From Alphaproteobacteria bacterium (GTDB lineage: Bacteria; Pseudomonadota; Alphaproteobacteria; Micavibrionales; Micavibrionaceae): a stretch of DNA of 64,000 nt. The notes beneath the pieces are model-generated. The model was given only the letters and a program-made list of their open reading frames with translations, was not told the origin of the DNA and did no database searches. Below, one piece after another: positions 30,323 through 39,300 of the stretch; position 1 is the first letter of the stretch, and each line of letters opens with the position of its first letter. The position numbers were made by a program, and so were the translations under genes. The stretch is from positions 22,794 through 86,793 of the forward strand of contig JAWKVT010000003.1 of NCBI GenBank assembly GCA_041397865.1, written 5' to 3'.

Positions 30323-30764
30323 TTTGCATCTCATGTTTCATATAATAATCACCCTCATCCTCGCCATATTGAATAAAACCAAGCCGATCATATAATCGCT
30401 GCGCCCGGTTTGTTTTCAAAACATAAAGCCGTACATGCTTACCCATTGCCTTAGCATCACGCATCACATTCTGAACAATATCAGTGCCTATACCCTGATT
30501 TTGATGCGATGGCTTAATCCAAAGCTGAGAAATAAAAAGATGGTCTTTATTATCATCAATCTGAACAAAACCGATATCAACACCCTCAGCCTGAATAACT
30601 TTCGCTCTGGAAGCTTCAAATTCATCCCCAACCATTTTCGCCTGCACACCATCATCCCAACCCCAAATCGCTTCAACATAGTCCCTCAGAACTTCATCAT
30701 GCAGTGCCTTATAAAAAGAAAAGTCTGACGATTTCAGCTCACGAAAATTATATTCAAGCCGCAT
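30309..30764 (-). CDS. GNAT family N-acetyltransferase
   Basis: ...[50 protein letters not shown]... is the GNAT acetyl-CoA motif. ATG 30764 overlaps the mnmG stop by 11 nt, and its own stop overlaps the rsmG start by 14 nt. Confidence 0.72.
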   Translation of the reverse strand: MRLEYNFRELKSSDFSFYKALHDEVLRDYVEAIWGWDDGVQAKMVGDEFEASRAKVIQAEGVDIGFVQIDDNKDHLFISQLWIKPSHQNQGIGTDIVQNVMRDAKAMGKHVRLYVLKTNRAQRLYDRLGFIQYGEDEGDYYMKHEMQNVAE

Positions 30765-32670
30765 TTTTCTGCTTCTTGTCTTTACGCTTGACATGCCTCA
30801 AAAGAGCAACAATCGCCGCCGGAGTCACACCGGGAATTCTCGAAGCCGCCCCCAACGTGGCGGGCCGCGCCTGCTCCAGCTTCGCCCGCACCTCATTCGA
30901 CAAACTGCCAATATCCGCATAATCAAGCCCCTCCGGCAAAGCCAAAGCTTCATCCTTGCGGAAAGCCGCAATATCGGCCTCATGCCGCTCCATATAATTC
31001 GCATAAAGCGCATCACACTCAACCTGCTCGCGAATATCCGGCTCAATCATCCCCAGCTGCGGCCAAACCGCCTCTAACTGCTCCCAGCCAATATCCAGAT
31101 AGGCAAGCAGGTCAGAAACGCTCCGCCGCTGCCCGTCTTTATTAATACCAATCCCATGTGCTTCAAGCTCATTCGGAGTCATATTTAAAGACACCACCAT
31201 TTCACGCGCCGCCATCAGTTTCTCAGATTTTGCTTTCCACGCTTTTTCACGTGAAACGCCCACACAGCCAACCTCAATTCCTTTATCGGTAAGCCGCTGA
31301 TCCGCATTATCAGCCCGCAAACGCAAACGATATTCCGCCCGGCTGGTAAACATCCGGTATGGCTCTGGCGCACCGCGCGTAATTAAATCATCAATCAAAA
31401 CCCCGATATAGGCATCGGCCCGGTCCAGCGTAAAAACCTGCGCATCCTCCCGCAAAGTTTCACGTGAATCATCCACAGAATTATCCACATATTTTGCCTG
31501 CAACGCAGCATTCACCCCGGCCATAAGCCCTTGCGCCGCCGCTTCTTCATAACCGGTCGTCCCGTTAATCTGCCCCGCCAAAAATAATCCGCCCGCACGC
31601 TTGCTCTCCAGTGTGGCTTTCAAATCCCGCGGATCACAATAATCATATTCAATCGCATACCCCCATTCCAGCACCTCAACATTCTCAAGCCCTGCAATAC
31701 TGCGAATATATTTATCCTGAACCTCAACCGGCAAAGACGTCGAAATTCCGTTCGGATAAACAGTATGATCGTCCAGCCCCTCCGGCTCCAAAAAAATCTG
31801 ATGCCGCGCCTTATCCGCAAAGCGGGAAATTTTATCCTCAATAGAAGGACAATAGCGCGGTCCAACGCCGGAAATATTGCCCGAATACATCGCACTGCGA
31901 TGAAGATTATCAGCAATAATCTTATGTGTCTTTTCATTGGTATAAGTAATGTGACATTTAATCTGCGGAATGCTAACTTCTTGATTTAAATAAGAAAACG
32001 GAACCGGCTTCACATCCCCGGGCTGCTCTTCACATTGCTCCCAATCAATCGTCCTCCCATCCAACCGCGCTGGAGTCCCGGTTTTCAGCCGCCCCAGAGG
32101 AAAGCCCAGACGCTCCATCGTTTCAGCCAAACCGACAGACGGAGCCTCACCCACACGCCCGGCAGGAATCTGCTCCTCCCCGCGATGAATCATGCCGCGC
32201 AAAAACGTCCCGGTTGTCAAAACAACACAGCGACATTGAAATGTGCGCCCATCCAGCGTTTTAAGGCCGGCAACTTGACCATCTTCTAGAATAAGGTCGT
32301 CCGCCGCACCCTCCACCAATGTCAGATTGGGATAATCTTGCAACTCAGCCTGCATCGCTTCGCGGTATAACTTCCGATCTGCCTGCGCGCGCGGCCCGCG
32401 CACTGCCGGCCCCTTGGACGCATTCAGCATCCGGAATTGAATCCCCGCCTTATCAATCACCCGGCCCATCAAGCCATCCAGCGCGTCAACCTCCCGCACC
32501 AGATGCCCCTTGCCCAAACCGCCAATCGCCGGGTTACAGGACATGACGCCAATCGTCTCCAGCTTATGCGTCAACAAAGCCGTCTTCACACCCATACGCG
32601 CCGCCGCCGCCGCCGCCTCACATCCGGCATGCCCACCGCCAACAACAATAACGTCAAAATCCTGTTCCAT
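30754..32670 (-). CDS. mnmG: tRNA uridine-5-carboxymethylaminomethyl modification enzyme MnmG (GidA)
   Basis: 638 aa. [19 protein letters not shown] motif and [17 protein letters not shown]. Confidence 0.97.
   Translation of the reverse strand: MEQDFDVIVVGGGHAGCEAAAAAARMGVKTALLTHKLETIGVMSCNPAIGGLGKGHLVREVDALDGLMGRVIDKAGIQFRMLNASKGPAVRGPRAQADRKLYREAMQAELQDYPNLTLVEGAADDLILEDGQVAGLKTLDGRTFQCRCVVLTTGTFLRGMIHRGEEQIPAGRVGEAPSVGLAETMERLGFPLGRLKTGTPARLDGRTIDWEQCEEQPGDVKPVPFSYLNQEVSIPQIKCHITYTNEKTHKIIADNLHRSAMYSGNISGVGPRYCPSIEDKISRFADKARHQIFLEPEGLDDHTVYPNGISTSLPVEVQDKYIRSIAGLENVEVLEWGYAIEYDYCDPRDLKATLESKRAGGLFLAGQINGTTGYEEAAAQGLMAGVNAALQAKYVDNSVDDSRETLREDAQVFTLDRADAYIGVLIDDLITRGAPEPYRMFTSRAEYRLRLRADNADQRLTDKGIEVGCVGVSREKAWKAKSEKLMAAREMVVSLNMTPNELEAHGIGINKDGQRRSVSDLLAYLDIGWEQLEAVWPQLGMIEPDIREQVECDALYANYMERHEADIAAFRKDEALALPEGLDYADIGSLSNEVRAKLEQARPATLGAASRIPGVTPAAIVALLRHVKRKDKKQKNAA
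31243..31258. promoter_or_regulatory. parS-like site TTTTTCACGTGAAACG
   Basis: 14/16 to the parS consensus. Inside mnmG. Confidence 0.65.
31456..31471. promoter_or_regulatory. parS-like site AGTTTCACGTGAATCA
   Basis: 14/16 to the parS consensus, GATTCAC half-site variant. Inside mnmG. Confidence 0.65.
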
Positions 32671-32721
32671 CGCGGCTTTATAACCTGAAAACCCACGAAA
32701 GCGCCAGATTATTTTCCGCCA

Positions 32722-34059
32722 TCACTTCCCGATACAAAAATCTCTGAAAATCACGTCCAGCAAATCTTCTACGTCCACGCGCCCCGTAATCCGCCCCAGC
32801 GCCCGTACTGCCAGGCGTACATCCTCCGCCATCAACTCCGGCAACGCCGCTTTTAGTGAGCGCTGCAAAGCTTCCAAAGCTTCCTCAACATGCCCTCTGT
32901 GCCGCTGACGCGTCAGCGAAGGAGTCTCGCGCGATACATTCATAAGAACCTTAATCCTGTCCTCCAGCACTTTGAGCAGATCCCGCAAGCCCGTATTTTT
33001 TTTCACGGAAATACCAACGGCCCCGGCCATAATATTCTCCGAAAACAAATCATCCATTTTATTCACCACCAGAATAGAGCGCTCATCAATAAGATTAAGC
33101 GTATGTGGATCGGGAGCCCGCGCACTGGCATCAAAAACAAGCAGCTTAATATCGGCGTTTTCCGCCCGCTCAAGCGCCCGGCGTATCCCTTCGGATTCAA
33201 TCGCCTCCTGCCCTTCATTACCAATCTGATCGGGACGAAGCCCGGCAGTATCGGCCAGAACGACCGGATAACCACCCAGATCAAGATTCACCTCAATCAC
33301 ATCGCGTGTGGTCCCCGCCATATTGGATATAATCGCCACATCCCGCCGCGCCAGCGCATTCACAAGGCTGGATTTTCCGACATTCGGTGCGCCGATTACC
33401 GCCACCTGAATGCCGTCGCGCAACCGCTCCCCCCGCCGGTTATCATCCAGATGCTCTCCTATTTCGGCGACAAGTTTTTCAATCGCTTCGCCAATTTCCG
33501 GCGCAATGCCCTCCGGCAAATCCTCATCAGGAAACTCGATATCCGCTTCCAGATGCGCCAGCGTTTTGGTGAGTTGATCAACCCAGCTTTCATAAAGACC
33601 AGAAAGCGCTCCGCCCATTTGCGCCAACGCCTGAATTTTTTGCGCCTGAGTTTCCGCATCAATCAAATCCGCCACGGCTTCGGCTTCGGTTAAATCCATC
33701 TTACCGTTTTCAAACGCCCGGCGGGTAAACTCCCCCGGCTCGGCCATCCGGTGATTTTTCTGCTTGGAAAGCACAGACAAAACAGCCTCAATCACCGCCC
33801 GGCCGCCATGCAGGTGATATTCAACTGTCTCCTCCCCCGTATAGCTCGCCGGAGCCTGAAAAGTCAGGACAAGCGCCCGGTCAAGCGTTTCACGTGAATC
33901 AGGATGGCGCAAAACCGCAAGCTGCGCGCGGCGCGGCGCAAAATCGGACCGCCCTGTAAACATAGTCAGACTATCGCGGCTTTGCGGCCCGGAAACCCGC
34001 ACCACCGCAACGCCGGCGCGGCCTCCGCCACTGGCCAATGCATAAATCGTTTCACTCAT
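32722..34059 (-). CDS. mnmE: tRNA modification GTPase MnmE (TrmE)
   Basis: GAPNVGKSSL (G1), DTAGLR (G3), NKMD (G4), C-terminal CIGK. Start set at ATG 34059 (MSETIYALAS). Confidence 0.95.
   Translation of the reverse strand: MSETIYALASGGGRAGVAVVRVSGPQSRDSLTMFTGRSDFAPRRAQLAVLRHPDSRETLDRALVLTFQAPASYTGEETVEYHLHGGRAVIEAVLSVLSKQKNHRMAEPGEFTRRAFENGKMDLTEAEAVADLIDAETQAQKIQALAQMGGALSGLYESWVDQLTKTLAHLEADIEFPDEDLPEGIAPEIGEAIEKLVAEIGEHLDDNRRGERLRDGIQVAVIGAPNVGKSSLVNALARRDVAIISNMAGTTRDVIEVNLDLGGYPVVLADTAGLRPDQIGNEGQEAIESEGIRRALERAENADIKLLVFDASARAPDPHTLNLIDERSILVVNKMDDLFSENIMAGAVGISVKKNTGLRDLLKVLEDRIKVLMNVSRETPSLTRQRHRGHVEEALEALQRSLKAALPELMAEDVRLAVRALGRITGRVDVEDLLDVIFRDFCIGK
33886..33901. promoter_or_regulatory. 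parS-like site CGTTTCACGTGAATCA
   Basis: 14/16 to the parS consensus. Inside mnmE. Confidence 0.65.
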
Positions 34060-34176
34060 AAAAACTTTTAACCACAGATAGGGGCCAATGAACACAGATA
34101 TTCATTTACCCATGAAAAAATCCATGTGAACCTGTGTAAATCTGTAGTTGTTATATAACACTTACGAGTTTTAAAG

Positions 34177-35694
34177 TTGGACGAAGAAACACCCTCAGAT
34201 GCAAATGAAAACCTCTCGGGCAACACAGGTCCGCAGGTTTATCATTCCAAAATTGACCCAGAGCTCAAAACCCTTGCGCTCAAACAAATGGTTGACGCTC
34301 TGAAAGGCAACGGCATAACAGCCGAAGATATTGAAATCACGAAATTCGAAGGCGAAACGCTCGAATTTCTGGCCATCACCGAACTTAAACTCGATACAAA
34401 ACTCTCCACAAAACATCAGGCCGGAAAAGTTACAGGACCGATGCTTTTGCCCAATACCGGAGCATTTCAGGAAGCGATGAATAAGGAGGTATATAAAATC
34501 ATTCATAGCCTTGATGTCGTAGAGCGTATAAACAAGGCTGTTCTGGATCGCCCGGATAAAGGGCTTTGTCTGGAAAACATCATGATAAAGCTGCCGTTCC
34601 TGCATAAGGATTTCGTCGTTCACGAACCCTGCAAAGCCTGCGCGGCAAAAGGCAAAATCAACTGCGCACGCTGTCATGGCAAAGGCGAAGAGCCATGCCC
34701 GCGCTGCCATGCCCGCGGCAGCGAAACTTGCCCGACCTGCGGCGGACGGCAATATATTCAAGGACCGAATAACCAAAACCAGCAATGCCAGCGCTGTAAC
34801 GGTTCAGGCCGCGTGGGGTGTACGCAATGCCACGAAAAACGCGAAGTGCATTGCTCGATCTGTAAAGCCGTTGGAACGGTTATGTGCAAACAATGCAACG
34901 GCCACGCCTGGAATTCTGTCATCGGCATGGCCGAAATAAATCCAATCGCTTTCTACAGCTTTGACCGGAAAAACATCCCTCACCAACCGCTGGAAAAACT
35001 GGACCTTCTTGGCTCCGACATACAATTTCACAGCAATATACAGGTCATCCACCGTCATAAAGAGTTGGAACAGGAACGCGACGACATTTCCATTCCCTAC
35101 CATATCAAAGTGCCCATGGCACAAGTCGAATTCATGTTAAAAGAAAAACTGGCTGTTCCCGCATTTCTATTCGGCACACAAGGAAAACTTTATGATATGC
35201 CGCCTTTCATGGAAAAAATCATGGCCCCCGGCATTCAGGCTTTAAAAAAGGCCGCGCTGGGGCAAGGCGACGTAGCAAAGCTTATACAAACCGCTGGACG
35301 TTACCGGACATTACGCCACGTGATCCTTTCAACATCAAAACTCAGCGCAAAAAAAGCGCTGCGCATTATCATGAAGGAAAACCCGATCGGCCTGTCCGAA
35401 GACACCGCAAAAAAACTGATCGTCATGGCCGGGAAAGCACTTACCTTAATCAGTAAAAAGCCCCGTTATACAGGTATCGCAATCGGCCTGCTGCTCGCCG
35501 GACTTATAACCACCGGTTATTTCACCGCCGGACAAGCCGTGATCTATCCGCACCTGCCAAACACAAATGTAGCGCTAGGGGTAGATGCACTCGCTGGTCT
35601 AGCCGCATTAGGCATAGGTTACGTCGCCGCTAAAACCTACACCAAAGGCGCCATGCAAAAATCTCTGGAAACCCTCTTCTCAAAAAACCGTTAA
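34177..35694 (+). CDS. hypothetical protein with eight CxxC motifs (DnaJ-type zinc-finger-like cluster) and C-terminal transmembrane helices
   Basis: 505-aa ORF with a TTG start. CKAC, CARC, CPRC, CPTC, CQRC, CTQC, CSIC and CKQC all fall within about 90 aa. C-terminal hydrophobic segments IAIGLLLAGLITTGYF and ALGVDALAGLAALGIGYVAA. Confidence 0.6.
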   Translation: MDEETPSDANENLSGNTGPQVYHSKIDPELKTLALKQMVDALKGNGITAEDIEITKFEGETLEFLAITELKLDTKLSTKHQAGKVTGPMLLPNTGAFQEAMNKEVYKIIHSLDVVERINKAVLDRPDKGLCLENIMIKLPFLHKDFVVHEPCKACAAKGKINCARCHGKGEEPCPRCHARGSETCPTCGGRQYIQGPNNQNQQCQRCNGSGRVGCTQCHEKREVHCSICKAVGTVMCKQCNGHAWNSVIGMAEINPIAFYSFDRKNIPHQPLEKLDLLGSDIQFHSNIQVIHRHKELEQERDDISIPYHIKVPMAQVEFMLKEKLAVPAFLFGTQGKLYDMPPFMEKIMAPGIQALKKAALGQGDVAKLIQTAGRYRTLRHVILSTSKLSAKKALRIIMKENPIGLSEDTAKKLIVMAGKALTLISKKPRYTGIAIGLLLAGLITTGYFTAGQAVIYPHLPNTNVALGVDALAGLAALGIGYVAAKTYTKGAMQKSLETLFSKNR

Positions 35695-35714
35695 TCGAAA
35701 AATTGTCGTTTTGC

Positions 35715-35791
35715 TTTGCTTTACACAGGGGCATGAGAAGCGAAGCGTATAAACATACGTGAGCGACGAAATAACGCTGTGTAAAAGCAAA
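35715..35791. repeat. covarying hairpin element, copy D
   Basis: Outer stem TTTGCTTTACACAG / CTGTGTAAAAGCAAA. Inner stem GTAT / ATAC. Core GAGAAGCGAAGC...GAGCGACGAA. Confidence 0.5.
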
Positions 35792-35806
35792 TGAAAGCGG
35801 CAAGAA

Positions 35807-35867
35807 CGAGAAGCGGCCGTCTCGAAAACCGTGTGGGGGTTTTCAGAGACGACCAGCGACGCGAGGG
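35807..35867. repeat. covarying hairpin element, copy E
   Basis: GAGAAGCGGCC, then stem GTCTCGAAAACC / GGTTTTCAGAGAC, then GACCAGCGACGCGAG. Same flanking core as copies C and D. Confidence 0.45.
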
Positions 35868-35943
35868 ACAGTCTTAATTTTACAGCAACTTTAGGTTTCG
35901 TCAGACTTTCCGGCAAAACTGAGTACCGGAAAGGAAAGGCTGT

Positions 35944-36456
35944 TCACCGAGTCCAACGAAATCCGCTGATAGCTTGAAGCGCCTGTTCTTTCTGGCACTG
36001 GCGATAGGCCGAAACCGCAAGAGCAGCGCGGTTTTCACCATTATCACCAACAGGTTGCCAAAGATCCAGACGTGGTCTGTCAGCATATGACTTGGTCTTA
36101 GTCGGCGGCGAGAGGGCAAAACGCACGCCAAGGACCAAGCTCAAAGCCGCTGCTTTTCCAGCCGAGCGCTGGTTCCGATCCATGGAGGATGTTGGAGAGT
36201 TGAGATGGATGGATTTGAGCAGGGGAAGGCATGAATCCACCACGGTCGGGGAAGAAGAATACTTGGAAACGAGAGCTTGCTGCTGCTCGCTTGCAGACGT
36301 GTCTTTCTGACTTTCAATCGTCTCAAAAGACCATGCCGGCTGGGCAGCAACACACAAAACCAGAATAAAAGAAACCAGCAAAACACCTGGAATATAAGCA
36401 GCGCGCGGATCAGTCTTCCACTTATCGGAACAGTTAAAAAATTTCATTTTACCCAC
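35944..36456 (-). CDS. hypothetical secreted or membrane-anchored protein
   Basis: 170-aa ORF. Hydrophobic N-terminal segment IPGVLLVSFILVLCVAAQPAWS. No recognised domain. Confidence 0.4.
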   Translation of the reverse strand: MGKMKFFNCSDKWKTDPRAAYIPGVLLVSFILVLCVAAQPAWSFETIESQKDTSASEQQQALVSKYSSSPTVVDSCLPLLKSIHLNSPTSSMDRNQRSAGKAAALSLVLGVRFALSPPTKTKSYADRPRLDLWQPVGDNGENRAALAVSAYRQCQKEQALQAISGFRWTR

Positions 36457-36770
36457 CTAAGTCTTACACACTTAATTTTGTTTTTTTCTTTTACCCGGCC
36501 TCATAAAATCTGGTTTTTATTTTTTTTATAACCTTTAAGATAGGCTAGGCTTATACTTCCATAGAACCACATAATTTACATTATGGCAAACACTTTCGTT
36601 TCGATTTTATGTGTAATTTCAAATGATTAAGAGGATAATTTAGAAAAAATTTATCCGATATTTTATATGTATACAAATATTCGGCGCATTTGCTTTTTAT
36701 TTTCAAAGCATTAAAATAAACGCTCTAACTGCGTAAACATCCCGCAAACGCAAAACGAAAAGAGACGATC

Positions 36771-37175
36771 ATGAAAATCGCCGATATGCCAGAATTTCAA
36801 AACAGAATACAAGTTGTAACCTGTAGCCCCGATGAAACCATCTATGACGCTGTTGTAACGATGACCTATAAGCAATGCGGCGCTATAGCGGTAACGGAAA
36901 AAGACAAGCTTGTAGGTATTTTTACCGAGCGCGATCTACTTGCCCGTGTCGTCGGTCAAGGCCGTGATGTCGAAAACACAAAAGTTTCGGAAGTAATGTC
37001 CAGAAACATTGAAACCGCAACGCCTCACGACTCTGTCGAGCTGTGCATGGGCCGTATGGATCACGGACGTTATCGTCATATGCCCGTCACCGATGAGAAC
37101 GGAAACCTGATAGGCATGCTCTCACAGCGTGATTTCATCGCCTACACAATACGCACATTAAAAGAAAAAGATTAG
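36771..37175 (+). CDS. CBS domain-containing protein
   Basis: 134 aa with two CBS repeats (...VGIFTERDLLARV... and ...IGMLSQRDFIAY...). Confidence 0.85.
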   Translation: MKIADMPEFQNRIQVVTCSPDETIYDAVVTMTYKQCGAIAVTEKDKLVGIFTERDLLARVVGQGRDVENTKVSEVMSRNIETATPHDSVELCMGRMDHGRYRHMPVTDENGNLIGMLSQRDFIAYTIRTLKEKD

Positions 37176-37218
37176 AAAAACAAAACCGCACCAAGCTTAT
37201 ATTCGCCGTGGTGCGGTT
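37171..37218 (-). terminator. rho-independent terminator downstream of rho (possibly bidirectional)
   Basis: 10-bp stem AACCGCACCA / TGGTGCGGTT. On the minus strand it is followed by TTTTGTTTTT. Confidence 0.6.
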
Positions 37219-37274
37219 GTCTAATAAGGGCTTAAAGCCCAAAAATCATAACATTACGGAAAAGATCGAAGCCG

Positions 37275-38531
37275 TTACTGGTTCATAGAATTAAAAAACT
37301 CATCATTATTCTTCGTCTGCTTCATCTTGCCGAGCAGGAACTCAACAGCATCGACAGTGCCCATCGGATTAAGAATCCGCCGCAAGACCCACATTTTCTG
37401 CAAGGTATCTTTATCAACCAGCAATTCTTCTTTCCGTGTGCCCGATTTTTGAATATCAATCGCCGGGAACACCCGCTTATCGGAAATCTTACGGTCCAGA
37501 ACAATCTCGGAGTTACCCGTACCCTTAAACTCTTCAAAGATCACCTCATCCATCCGCGATCCCGTATCAATCAAGGCGGTAGCGATAATCGTCAAAGACC
37601 CGCCCTGTTCAATATTCCGCGCCGCGCCAAAGAACCGCTTGGGACGCTGCAAAGCATTCGCATCCACGCCGCCTGTCAAAACCTTGCCCGATGATGGCAC
37701 AACCGTATTGTACGCCCGCGCCAGACGCGTAATGGAATCCAGTAAAATCACCACATCGCGCTTATGTTCGGTCAGGCGCTTGGCCTTTTCCATCACCATT
37801 TCCGCGACCTGTACGTGCCTCGAAGCCGGCTCGTCAAACGTGGAAGATACGACCTCCCCGCGTACGCTGCGCGCCATATCCGTCACCTCTTCCGGGCGCT
37901 CATCAATAAGCAAAACAATCAAATACGCATCCGGATGATTTTCCGCAATGGAGGTTGCAATATTCTGCAACATCACCGTTTTACCCGTACGCGGCGGCGC
38001 GACAATAAGCGCACGCTGACCAAAACCAATCGGCGAAGTCAGCTCAATCACCCGCTGTACGTTATCCTTTTTCGTCGGATCATCCAGCTCCAGCTTGATT
38101 TTCCGCTCCGGATAAAGCGGCGTCAAATTGTCAAAATTAATCCGGTGACGCAGCTTATCCGGCGTTTCATTATTAATAGAGCCCACCTTAAGCAGCGCGA
38201 AATACCGCTCTGAATCCTTCGGCGCGCGAATTTCACCTTCCAGCGTATCGCCTGTACGAAGGCCAAAACGGCGGATCTGTGAGGGGGAAACATAAATATC
38301 ATCCGGTCCGGGAAGGTAATTTTCCTCCGGAGAGCGCAGGAAACCAAACCCGTCCTGCAAAACTTCCAAAACCCCCGCGCCAGATATCGGCGTGCCTTGC
38401 TGCGCAAGCTGCTTCAAAATCGCAAACATCATATCCTGTTTGCGCATGGCGTTACAGTTTTCAACCTCCAACTCTTCCGCAAAAGCCAGAAGTTCCGCCG
38501 GAGAGCGCGTTTTTAATTCTTGTAAATTCAT
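37275..38531 (-). CDS. rho: transcription termination factor Rho
   Basis: 418 aa. GFGFLR RNA-binding region, APPRTGKT Walker A and the conserved C-terminal half. Confidence 0.97.
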   Translation of the reverse strand: MNLQELKTRSPAELLAFAEELEVENCNAMRKQDMMFAILKQLAQQGTPISGAGVLEVLQDGFGFLRSPEENYLPGPDDIYVSPSQIRRFGLRTGDTLEGEIRAPKDSERYFALLKVGSINNETPDKLRHRINFDNLTPLYPERKIKLELDDPTKKDNVQRVIELTSPIGFGQRALIVAPPRTGKTVMLQNIATSIAENHPDAYLIVLLIDERPEEVTDMARSVRGEVVSSTFDEPASRHVQVAEMVMEKAKRLTEHKRDVVILLDSITRLARAYNTVVPSSGKVLTGGVDANALQRPKRFFGAARNIEQGGSLTIIATALIDTGSRMDEVIFEEFKGTGNSEIVLDRKISDKRVFPAIDIQKSGTRKEELLVDKDTLQKMWVLRRILNPMGTVDAVEFLLGKMKQTKNNDEFFNSMNQ

Positions 38532-38844
38532 CAGGGCTTAGTCCTGTTTAAAGTTATACCACAAACTACATATCTGGGATTTACGCTTAAATTTTTTGGG
38601 AAATAATTTTACTTTGCTGTGTTTATATATTCCGCCGGTTTTCATACACCGCGCTCTTAAAACGCCTTATTCTCTCACATCTGTGACCATGCATAAATCG
38701 CGCGGCTCAAATTAAAACATCCCAAATTTTCTGGATTTATCCTTAAAAGACACTTCCCTTTAACCATAAGGGTTAAACACTGTCAAGCATTTATCTGATT
38801 ATTTTAGTATGCCGCCTTAAAGTTTCCAAAAGCTTAAAGCTCCT

Positions 38845-39300
38845 TCAAAAAGGCTGCACCACCGCCAGGATAACAATAGCAATCATGAGCACCGCCGGAA
38901 TCTCATTAAGAATGCGAAAATATTTGGCCGATTTTACATTCTCATCCCGCGCAAAAACCTTCACCTGCTTCACGAGCATCCCGTGAATCCCCGACATAAT
39001 CAACACCAGCAAAAGTTTCACGTGAATCCACCCGGACCCTTCTCCTGATGCCATCCCCGGATTGGCATACAGCATCAACACGCCAAAAATCCACGCCGAC
39101 ATCATCGCCGGATTAATAATAATTTTAAGAAGCCGCCGCTCCATAATTTTAAACGTCTCGGATGTATCCGACCCCGCTTTCACCTCGGCGTGATAAACAA
39201 ACAATCGCGGCAAATACAGCATTCCCGCCATCCACGACATAACGCTGATAATATGCAGCGCCCTGAGCCATTCATAATTCTGAGATAATATTTCCTGCAT
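38845..39300 (-). CDS. hemJ: protoporphyrinogen IX oxidase HemJ-like membrane protein
   Basis: 151 aa with about 4 TM helices. WLRALHIISVMSWMAGMLYLPRLFVYH is typical of the HemJ/UPF0093 family. Adjacent to hemH-hemE. Confidence 0.75.
   Translation of the reverse strand: MQEILSQNYEWLRALHIISVMSWMAGMLYLPRLFVYHAEVKAGSDTSETFKIMERRLLKIIINPAMMSAWIFGVLMLYANPGMASGEGSGWIHVKLLLVLIMSGIHGMLVKQVKVFARDENVKSAKYFRILNEIPAVLMIAIVILAVVQPF
39014..39029. promoter_or_regulatory. parS-like site AGTTTCACGTGAATCC
   Basis: 13/16 to the parS consensus, same core TTCACGTGAA. Inside hemJ. Confidence 0.55.

Noticed and set aside
34060-34176. The mnmE upstream spacer, with TTAACCACA (8/9 DnaA-box match at 34068-34076) and several TGTG-containing words, considered as an alternative origin.
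   Set aside because: It has only one decent box, no AT-rich unwinding tract and no GANTC cluster. It is more simply explained as the mnmE promoter region. The hemE-adjacent region fits the established origin position better.
36651-36660. The DnaA-box-like 10-mer TTATCCGATA occurs at 36651-36660 and again at 42410-42419, both times in AT-rich intergenic DNA.
   Set aside because: It is only a 7/9 match to TTATCCACA, and a single exact 10-mer repeat within 64 kb is expected by chance many times over. This is not enough to call extra DnaA sites or an alternative origin.
38759-38777. The perfect 7-bp inverted repeat TTTAACC-ATAAG-GGTTAAA in the long (about 310 nt) non-coding region between hemJ and rho, considered as a possible operator, terminator or rho leader element.
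   Set aside because: The stem is AT-rich and weak, no U-tract follows it on the transcribed strand, and I recognise no motif. A long rho leader is common and unremarkable without expression data.
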